Part shown: positions 1-9,463 of the stretch, piece by piece | How positions within the stretch are numbered: the first letter of the stretch is position 1 | Layout: each line of letters opens with the position of its first letter | From: Klebsormidium nitens | Lineage: Eukaryota > Plantae > Klebsormidiophyceae | Direction of reading: 5' to 3' | DNA length: 64,000 nucleotides | NCBI GenBank assembly: GCA_000708835.1 | Contig: DF237207.1 | Location: 55,965 to 119,964, forward strand | The notes under the pieces: model-generated | Seen by the model: the letters and a program-made list of their open reading frames with translations, nothing else | Database searches by the model: none | Told to the model about the DNA's origin: nothing | Translations under genes and position numbers: made by a program

Positions 1-347
1 CATCGGTCAACTTACTGTCTAGCCGTATCATCATCATGCCCCTTCAGAGTTTGCTGGTTCGCTGCAACATCTGGTTTGTTGCTGTGCCTTCCCTTGCCCC
101 AAAGCGCAAGGCGTTGCTCCTGCACACAATACTACACGCTCTTTAGATCATCTTGAAGTCTGCAGAAAACAAACTTACCACTGCCCCTTGAATTTCCTGA
201 TTTCAAGTTACAATGAGACTCGCCGTTACCATCTGATGATGTGACCACCCTGGTTGACTAGCTGCATTCACCATTACCAAGTTCTCAAACCCTGGTGCTT
301 TGTTTTTGGGCAGTGTGTTAACGCGCAAAGTAACCGCACTTTTGCAG

Positions 348-3300
348 AATTGGATTCCTTTCCTGGTTGCCCCGGCTGCCTTGCTGCTTGCCCTGGTGGC
401 TGCCCGGCTGCATCAGCTCAAGTCCGCTGCAGTCCCCCCCTCCGTGACCACCAGCATCGCCATGCCCCTCGAGCCTAGGGGGCCCGCGCCAGAGCTGAGA
501 GTGGTGGGGGTCCTGGGCAGCCTCCCGGGGATGGCCACGCAGGCAGCAGCGGTCGATGCACACCCACTGGGCCAGGGCAGCCTGAGCCGGGAGAATGATG
601 GCATGAGCTCAGCGAAGCAGGTTGAGCGGCGGGTGGACGGTCAGTTGGCACGCAACGACAACAGAGACCCGCACATTCCCAGGCCACAGGCTCCGGCCAA
701 GCCAATTCATGAGCTGAGCGACATGGATTTCTATGACCAGCTGCAAAAGGAGGCGGAGATTGAGGCGCGGGTGCGGCAGGCGCAGGGGTTCCCCATGAAG
801 GACGAGACCAAGTTCGGGGTGTTTGACGAGGAGGAGCGCACCGTGATGCAAGAGCTGGTGGATTCCGGGGAGCTGGACGCGGACACGCAGAAGAAGCTCG
901 AGGAGCTGCTGGCGCAGGAGGCGGGCAACAGCAAGATGCGCAAGGCCGCGCAGCGGGCGCTCGGGAAGCGTGTGCGCAAGGCGCGGGCGGGGGGCCGGTC
1001 GCCCGTCTCCGACAAGGACATCAAGGAGCTGGAGGAGGCGGTGGCGTCGGGGATGCTGGACGAGAAGGTGCAGAAGGACGTGGAGGCGTTCCTGGAGGAG
1101 GAGCGGGAGTTTCAGAAAGAACTAGAGGAGAACAAGTACGACGACGCGGACTATGACATCAGCGAGTACCTGGAGGAGGAGGAGGACCCCGAGCTGGAGG
1201 CGCTCATCCGCCAGATGGTGGAGTCGGGGGAGTTTGAGATGCCGGCGGACGAGGACGATGATGAAGAGGAGGCAGCGCCGTTTGGCCAGGTGCGCAGAGC
1301 CGAAATGGACGGTCTACAAATGTGGGGCCCAAATGGGGGTGCAATTGTTTGTGCTGCGGCTGAAGGGATGTAGGAAGATTTGGGATAGGGGGGGGTGGAG
1401 CTTATTTATGAGTTTCTTGTTCTCACACCGGCCTTTTGATCATCATCTTTTAGAGATGGCCAATAGCATGGTCACAGAACATATCTCAGTGGTGAATCTG
1501 TTGACTCACTGAATTTTCCGCAGATGATCCCTTGCCAATGGTTTGTTAGGCCTGTGCTTGATTACCAGTCTTGTGATATCATGATTACGATCAGCAGTAC
1601 TTTTTTGACTTTGGGAGAATTCTGACAATTCTCATTGCAAGATGAGAAACCTAGACGACCTCGGTTGTTGCGCATTCACCATGCGTGCGTGGCCATGTGC
1701 CTGCCTTGTTAGTTTAACCCGAGGATAGAGCCAAGGTCTTAATCATCAGTTGGTCAGGGTGGCGGAGGCTTTCTGTGAGCATCATGCTGAAACCACAACA
1801 TGACTCCTGGGGCCTTGCAGGGCAGCGCGGACGTGGATAGCGACATGTTTGACGAGAACGAGATGTTTGACGACCTGGACGAAGACTGGACTGATGAACA
1901 TGAGGAGCCATCAAGTAGCGGGGCCGCAACTGGAGGGTCCAAGCAGGGGCAAAAGGGGGCACAAGCAACAGACGGCGGGGCACAGAAAGGGGGTGGCCAG
2001 AACAGGCGTGTGACGGGGCTTAGAGAACTGACGGACAAACTGGGCCTCACCATGCCAGCTGGTGAGAGCGGGCGAGACTGGGAGGCGGAGCTCAGAAAGA
2101 AGAATCTGGCGCGGATAGGGCCGTTTGATTTTGCGAACTCCGATAAGAATGAGGCGGACAAGGGTCCGACGCCACAGGCAGAAGCAGCAAAGCCTTCCTC
2201 ATCCTCAGAAGCAGAGGAGGCACTTAGAAAGATTGCAGAAACCACAAGTGCAGAGCAGCTTGGGAGCGATGGTGCTCCTTTTCAAGGGAAGGAGTTCCCG
2301 TTCAGCGAGGCCTTTCAAGAGGCGACGGAGGCGGCTTGGGGTGCCGAGCATCCAGAAGAAGTACGGGAGAGCAGCGGAGAGGCTGACGCAGAGAGAGTAG
2401 AAAGGGAAGCGGGGGGGGTGGCTGAAGTGCAGGTTGCGGCTGTCAGGAGGAGCGGGACAACGGAAGACGGACAGGAACGGGTGGAAGAAGAGATTGTGAT
2501 CCGGGTGGGGGAGACGGAGGACTCAGGCGCAGGTGTGTTGACTGGGGATCTTTGAGCTCCTGAAGAATATTTACCATCGAGACTGAGGATTAGCAATTTG
2601 CTAGTTTCTTTGACGACTAGGTGCCTTTCTGTTCCTCAATTTTCAGATGTCAAACTTTGGATTGTTTTCGCTTTCTGCCTTCGGATTCTGGAGAGCAGGC
2701 AGGCTTTGTTTTCGCCTAAGTCGCAGGGAGCAGAGTCATCTTGCTGCATCGTGTATCTTGGATTCCTAGTCTGCCGCTATGTCATGAACTATACGGCTTC
2801 TGCAGGGTCACCTGGCGACGCTGATGCCACCATTGTCCTCTCCACCTCACAAGACGGGACAGTGGAGGATCTGGAGGAGGGGAACACCGGGGCAGGCGCT
2901 GCGCCAAACTCTGACTCTGCTGCCGCCTCGAGTCCTGGCTCGCCTGCCGCGGACGAGCGTGCTTCGAGTAGCGCTGGGGCGGGGATGACGCTGGCCGGGG
3001 AGGACGTGACCCCGCTGGTGGAGCTGCTGCAGTCCCGGGAGGGCGACGAGGCGTACGCGCAGGGGACGTCGTGGGGCACGTACGACGAGCTGTCGCCCAT
3101 GAAACGGAGGTGGCAAGTGGTACGTACTGCTCCGATCGGGCCTTCACGTCAACGGGCTAAGGCTCGTATGTCTCTCAAATGGTTCAGCGTGACTGTCGCT
3201 GTGGCGGCTGGTTCATCCTGCTCTACGTACATACAGACAGACTTGTCGCAAAGTTGACTTTGTTGACGGCGGCTTCTTCATCGAGCTGCACCTAAAGACC

Positions 3301-6300
3301 TTGAAGGTCCCGTGACCAGTCGCTGCGAAGTCACCAACATCTGATGTACATACCGCCTCAAAGGTACGTAGTCCTATGTTGCTTGTGAGCCAGATGCTCA
3401 TGTAGTTAACGTCAAGCTTCCTGTGCTTCTCTCAAACCGCTCCTTCCTCTGCTGGTGCAGTGGGCCGACCGGCAGTCCAACCAGGTCCGGCTCGGGTCGG
3501 CCCGGGTCAAGCTCATCGACAGCCGCGACATCAAGTTCTCTGCAAAGGAGCCCGCCATGGAGGGCAACCGACACTTCGTAAGTAGAACGCTCCGTGTTCG
3601 TCCCGTCACGAAAGGTGCGGGAAAGGACCTGCTCCTGTTGCTTCCTGCATATGGCAGACTTTCGCGTCCAGGAGTTTCAACAGGAGGTTTTGTTCAAATA
3701 TGCTTCGGAGAGCTTCATTACTCTCGGAGCAGATTCCACAGCAGCTGATACCACCCCATCCCTGGTACGCTGACCATTGCTCCCGTCTGCATGTGCGCAG
3801 GTGTACCAGGTGCTGTACAACGGCAAGCGGTACGCTCTCAAGATGTCGAAGCGGCCGCAGGACCGCGGCACTCAGCACCTGCTTGTAGACGAGGCCACCA
3901 ACCTGGCGGCGGCGCAGGCGCCCAACGTGATCGCGCTGCAGGGCGTCGTGCGCGACCTGGGCAGTCTACCCATCTACCGCCTCGGCAGGGTCGGCGGGCC
4001 GCTCATGACATCAGAGCAGCTGGCGCAGGGCGTCAAGAACGGCACCGTCGAGGAGCTGCAGTCAGCTGTGCTGCCGGGTACGTCAACTGCGCAACGTTGC
4101 CGGCTGTCTTTGCGAGGATTTTTTTGTCCTGCAACATATTATGTTTCATAAATCGTACAGAAGATGATCAGAGAGTTGGGCCTGTCTGATCCTGCTCGCT
4201 TCAATTGCTAGGGGTAGAGGCTGTGCCGCCAAAGGAACCGTCCGGACACAAAGGACTCACCATTCTTATTTGTCAGCCTCGTGAACCTTACGCTCCCAAT
4301 CTTCGTGGAAAGTAGCTTAAGGAGTTTGCGAGATTGCTGAGGGCCCTCCTGCTTTCGCGCAGACGGTAGCAAGCGGTTGGTGAAGGCGATCCTGGCGGAG
4401 GGCAGCGGCGAGCGGTCGCCCAACGTGTACGGCATTCTGATGGAGTACGCGGAGGGGTCCGACCTGCAGGCGCAGATGGACAAGGCCGGGCCGGGCCACT
4501 CCGTCAACGTCGACGAGGCGTGGCACATCTTCCGACAGGTGCGCTGCGCACCACTGCCACTGAAACCTAGTGTTTTGTGCACGCGTGCTGGCAGGCCATC
4601 GTTCGTTCTCACTTTTTACGTGGTACGATGAGGGACGTTCGTGGAGCAGAATTGAGTTTTTTTAGGAGGATGTAGTTACACTCTGCCCCCCGCCCAATGT
4701 ACCTTTGAAGCCAGCATTTTCTCACAGACCATCGGTTTCGGAACCCAACTCAAGACGCAGCCAGGGAAGTTATTTTTGCCATCCTCGAGGTCCATCATAA
4801 ATGTTGCAAACCTGCGGTTCTCGGGAATGTTCGTGCAGACGACTTGTTGTAGCGACCCGTTGTAGCGGCCCTCCGCCTCCATGTTGACGTCTGTCGTTTT
4901 CCTGGTGCTGCAGCTGGCGGTGGGCCTGGGCGAGGTCCACGCTGCGAAGCTGGCGCACAACAACGTGGACCTGTCCAACGTGCTGCTGGTCCGCGACGAC
5001 AGCCAGGCGTCCGGCGTGCGCTGCTGCTGGAGCGGCCTTAGCCTCGCCAAGAAGACGGACAACCACGGCAATGTGCGCCTCTCCACGGAGGAGCGCCTCG
5101 CCCGCCTCATGCGCCAGGACGACTACTACCAGGTGAAGCCCGCAGGAACTCTCGGAGACCGCAGATGTCGTGTATGCGCTTACGCTTTTCCCGTTTGGTC
5201 ATTGGAGGTGTGGCTCCGTTTATGTCCGAGCATGGTAATCAGCTTCACCTAAGCGTCCTTCGCTGATTGGAAGAGCGGACATAATAGGGCTGCACTGGGG
5301 TGCACGGTGGAAGAGGGTACTGTACACTCTGAAGCCAGGTTGGCCTGGCTTCGCTGCACAATACCTACGAAGGGGAGGCCTTACTTTCGAGTCCCTATCG
5401 GGAAGCACCTTTCGACCGAGGAAATGGCTTTATTTTCGAGGAGTGACGTACCTCAACTCTTGTTTTGGCGCAGGCCCCGGAGCTGACGGACGAGAGTGCG
5501 GCGGTGCTGTACAACGGGTTCAAGGCGGACACGTACTCGCTGGGCAAGGCGTTCCTGCTGCTGGTGGGCGACGAGTACGAGGCGCAGGCCAGCGCGGAGA
5601 GCGAGGCGGTGCGCGACATGGACCTCATGTTCGGCATGACGCTGCAGCCGGAGCCGGAGGACCGCGCCACCTCCGTGGAGGTCATGGAGTTCACGCGCCA
5701 AAAGGAGCTCGAGGCCATCGAGCGCTGGCGCGAGAAGGAGGACGAGAAGCTCCAGGAAATGGTGGGGGACGCCGCCGCTGCATCAGAGATTGGCTCGGCC
5801 AGCCTGTCTCCTGGATCATGTTGTTCAGAAAAATGGAATCGAAACTGTCAACACAAAAGTAGGTCTGGAACAGAGGACTAGCTTGATATTGTTTAAGGAG
5901 CTGGGTCCTTGACAAGAAGTGACTCCGCTCGGGGCTTCGGAAGCTCTCTGTCGTGACTTCGGTTGATTTCGTTCCCGTTGGAAATGACGGTTGATAACTT
6001 GATGTTTCAGAAGGGCCAACCTTTAGAAACAGATTCTGTTAAGTAGTTCCTGTTCCCAAGCGATTAGGAAGTGCTGCGCTTCGGCGTCAGGTGTGCCGAC
6101 TCCGCAGATGAGTCCGCTCCCGTGCCTCCCATAACCCTCAACTTTGCTTGCTTTGCTTGCCCAGGCTCGGGCCGGGCTGCCCAAGACGGACGAAGAGATT
6201 GTGCTGGAGAACATGATGGACGAGGACCCCAACGAGCTGCGGGAGGTGGAGGAGGCGGCCTACGCTGCGCTGGTGGAGGAGATGCGCAAGCGGCAGGCAG

Positions 6301-6404
6301 CCGCACTGGAGCAGAGCGAAGGACAGGGCCAGGGGCTCACCGGAAGGGGCAAGAGGGAAGCGGGGAGAAGTGCTTCACAGGCGGCCAGCAACAGGACGAA
6401 GTAG
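348..6404 (+). CDS. Multi-exon protein kinase-fold protein (probable pseudokinase) with N-terminal hydrophobic segment and long acidic/disordered region. Predicted exons 348-1289, 1821-2532, 2806-3119, 3461-3577, 3801-4077, 4363-4538, 4914-5132, 5474-5761, 6165-6404; first exon/start not resolved.
   Basis: Phase-compatible GT/AG junctions join the ORF-track pieces. Kinase motifs appear in order: VYQV..RYALKMSK (beta2-3), DEATNL..APNVIAL (alphaC/beta4), YGILMEYAEGSDL (hinge), AHNNVDLSNVLL (catalytic loop), APE, KADTYSLG, QPEPEDRATSVEV (subdomain XI). Confidence 0.85.
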
Positions 6405-7448
6405 CGCAGACGTTAATTGTGCAAGCGGTGGAGGAGGCTACCGGTGGTGGCCACCAAGGGGGGCGCCATTTTGGTTTGTTCCCGCTTCAACCAGGGTATT
6501 GCAACTGACCGCGTTCAATGAACGCTCACCAACCATACACGGGTGTCGGCTGTCCATGCAATGTCGACCTATTTCGATAGCAGATCTCTCATATTGTAAG
6601 GATATGGCGCTGTAGCCAGTTCCAAGTTTTGACTCCAGGTCGGCGGATTCAAATAAGTTCAAATAGGGCACTATTCTCCTCGGTCTGTCGAATCACTGAA
6701 CACATCCTGGGTTTGTCGAATCACTGAACACAGGCCTGCGCGAACGTGGAGCCTCGTTATTATAGCTGCTACATGCGCATCAAATCCGCTCCATGTAGTC
6801 GTCCAAGTTTGCCAGGTGCCAAGTAAAGCTTAACGTCAGTCATTGTTGCATACACCACTGCAACCACTAAAATTATTACAGTGTTGGACGTTCTAAATCA
6901 AGCACACTGGCACTAACTAGCTTGAGTGTTTCCGGCTCTGCATTCATATAGTATTTGGAACCGCTGCGGTATCCTTGGCTACTATAACCGCAAGCGCTGA
7001 TGCTACTCCGCGCCCGCTGCCATATAATAGCAGAAATTCCAAGATCGGCCATGTTGCTGTAAGCTTGCAGCTTTTAGACAACTGTGCGGCCGGGCACATG
7101 GTGCGTTATTGCAGCATGTTCTCAGGCATAATTTATAATTATCCGGCCAGGCCAGGCCATGGGTTACGTTGTGCACAGATAGAGAGATTTCAAGTCCATA
7201 TTCACTTCACGGGGCCTCACCCAATATTAACTGACTCGATGCGTGATTGTATTTTGAAAAGCCCGGCCGGTGTTCAAACGGCAATGATACACATGTTACA
7301 GCGCCGGGGAAGCACAAGTAATCAGCATGCCTGGCAACACCCCATCTTCATGACAACATCATTTTATACACCAATCAGCTTTACCATGGAACGTCTTTCT
7401 CCTCCTTGCTGACTTTCAATATTGACTCAACTCGATTCTATATCGTTG

Positions 7449-8573
7449 TCAATTCCCTAGTTGATACGCAATATCCTTCTCTACATACATAGAAGGCACA
7501 TAGGAGTATGTATAGAAGAGCTGATTCTCTGCTGCCCAGATCTGGTGCATTAACACTTCCGGATGCGAGCCCAAGTACATTTCGGGTTCGTAGTAGTCTG
7601 GACCTATCTTAGGCTCGAGTTTCAAGAAGTACGATGCTCTTGCCCACCAGAAATTCCCCGAGAAGTGCGCTTTTGGTTCGCTTAATAGTTGGCAGCCTAC
7701 TGTGTCATAAGTCTGAAGCAAGTTAATACAGCGCTCGTGTCTTCTCAGCAGAAAATAGTGCATGTACAGTGTCCAGTAAAAGACATTCATATCCCCTGGC
7801 TTAGTAACTCCCTTTGTATGGAGATAAAGGATGACATCTGTTGGGTCTATATGGTCCCGAATGCTCTCAAGCGTGAACCGCTCATACAGAGAGATGTCAA
7901 GTGTAGTTTTTACCACCCGAACTTTACTTCCAAACCCAACCAGAGTCCCCTCCGCCGACGTGATGTTTTCTTGGGTATTGCCCATGACAAAACAGTATAC
8001 TCCCTCTGCGCGCTCGTACACGCCGCTCAGCATCAAGCGCGACATGTGGTCAATGATCATCTGTTCAAAGGACTCACCTATCGCTGCCACATGGTAAAAC
8101 ACTTTCACCGTCGGATTCCATACGCCATCAGCCGCTGTCCCCCAGCTTTCCACTGGCTCACCTTCCTGACTGCCTGCACTGCTTGTTCCTTCGCCCCTCA
8201 AGACTCCTTCCCCGTTCCGTTCAGCTTGCTTAACTTCTAAACAACTTGCATTGCTCAGCTTATCATCTACTTGGTTAACTTCCAACTCCGACTGCTTATT
8301 ACTCCAAACACTTGGTTTGAATTCTGAGCCCCCATCTCGGCCATCGGACTGCCACAAACCTGCCGAAGGATTGAAATCTACAATGCGCCCTGTGATTGGC
8401 GTGCCCCCTAAGAAGCCCAGTACGGCACCCCCCAATGCCGCCAGAACCACCGCTGTGACCAGGAATTCCCAAGAGTACAGTTGACGGGAGTGTGACGCGG
8501 CCTTTGGAAGACTTGAACCAGGACCTGGTAAGCCAGTGTCTGCCCCATCCAAGGTGGTCCCTTTTGGCACCAT
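7449..8573 (-). CDS. Intronless 374-aa type II membrane protein with a putative glycosyltransferase-like (RgpF-like) C-terminal domain
   Basis: Single ATG-initiated ORF. One TM segment (WEFLVTAVVLAALGGAVLGFLGG) is followed by a low-complexity stem, then a globular domain containing VFYHVAAIG, DVILYLHTKG, YDTVGC, HFSGNFWWAR and YYEPEMYLG. The family assignment is from motif recall only. Confidence 0.7.
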   Translation of the reverse strand: MVPKGTTLDGADTGLPGPGSSLPKAASHSRQLYSWEFLVTAVVLAALGGAVLGFLGGTPITGRIVDFNPSAGLWQSDGRDGGSEFKPSVWSNKQSELEVNQVDDKLSNASCLEVKQAERNGEGVLRGEGTSSAGSQEGEPVESWGTAADGVWNPTVKVFYHVAAIGESFEQMIIDHMSRLMLSGVYERAEGVYCFVMGNTQENITSAEGTLVGFGSKVRVVKTTLDISLYERFTLESIRDHIDPTDVILYLHTKGVTKPGDMNVFYWTLYMHYFLLRRHERCINLLQTYDTVGCQLLSEPKAHFSGNFWWARASYFLKLEPKIGPDYYEPEMYLGSHPEVLMHQIWAAENQLFYTYSYVPSMYVEKDIAYQLGN

Positions 8574-9063
8574 TTTGAAAAGCGGCCAAAACCATTCAGC
8601 TCTATGACCGGAACAAGAAGCTGATATTCAATTTTCTACTCAGAGTCCTGGCAAATTAGCAGACACTTCCACCAGGAAGTGCCATCACATTGCCGTTGGA
8701 CGAAGCTGCAGATTTTGCTGCCAATTTTGAGCTTTCGGCCAGTGCAGAAAACGAGTGCTTGATCCCATGCCACTCAGGCTGCGCCTGCTCGTATTGAAGC
8801 CCCCAACTGTGACCACCACGGTGAACCCCTGATCACATGAATTCAAGACAAGTACTTGTGCAGAGGGTGCTTTCCTCCGAACACTACCGTATCTCCTCTG
8901 GCTGTACATCTGTCCTGATCTTCTCTCCACTTTGCGTTGCCATCCCTGACGCTTCGAAGCGCTTCTTGTGAAAACTCAAGAGATAACCTGAGATAACCTG
9001 TAGATCTGGCTGTCAATGTCAACCCCAGGTCCCTGCCTGGTGCCTACTTTTTCAATTGATTTC

Positions 9064-9071
9064 TTTATAAA
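9064..9071 (+). promoter_or_regulatory. TATA-like element upstream of tRNA-Asp
   Basis: TTTATAAA about 31-38 nt upstream of the tRNA 5' end, the usual position for plant Pol III tRNA upstream TATA elements. Confidence 0.45.
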
Positions 9072-9101
9072 GGGCAGCGCAACTACTGTTTCGAACCGTC
9101 T

Positions 9102-9173
9102 GTCGATGTAGTATAATGGTCAGTATCACCGCCTGTCACGCGGTAGATCCGGGTTCGATCCCCGGCATCGGCG
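9102..9173 (+). tRNA. trnD-GUC: tRNA-Asp (anticodon GTC)
   Basis: Cloverleaf: acceptor stem GTCGATG/CATCGGC, D arm TAGTATAATGGTCAGTAT, anticodon stem ACCGC/GCGGT with CT-GTC-AC loop (GTC at 9135-9137), T arm GGTTCGATCC. Closely resembles plant cytosolic tRNA-Asp. Confidence 0.95.
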
Positions 9174-9209
9174 CCTCGGGACGCAAGTCCTAGCCACCAC
9201 AAGAGAACC

Positions 9210-9237
9210 CTTTTCTTTTTCGCCACCCTTTCTTTTT
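9210..9237 (+). terminator. Pol III oligo-T terminators (duplicated)
   Basis: TTTTCTTTTTCGCCA followed by TTTCTTTTTCGCCA about 40-65 nt downstream of the tRNA. Confidence 0.6.
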
Positions 9238-9463
9238 CGCCAGGGTGGTAAGATATAATATACAGTATACTGCTTCAAGTTCCATTTCTGAGCCCCATTG
9301 ACTGGGCTCATGGCGGCTGAAATTGTTTACACCTGGTGGGATTGAGCAGCAGCCACTGCCACCATGGATTGCGGTGATCTACAGCATTGAAGTCCGATTG
9401 TCCACTGCAATCTGCGACAAATGCTGTGCCATTTTTGCACCGTCTCATTGGAAGGTGACGCGA

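Noticed and set aside
3238-3363. Possible extra kinase exon in the intron 3120-3460 (good GTACGT donor at 3364)
   Set aside because: All three frames contain stops across the candidate, and the flanking exons already join in phase without it.
6686-6732. 19-bp direct repeat TGTCGAATCACTGAACACA (period 28)
   Set aside because: Only two copies with no associated element; most likely a local slippage duplication. The same applies to the small duplications near 8980, 32550 and 61090.
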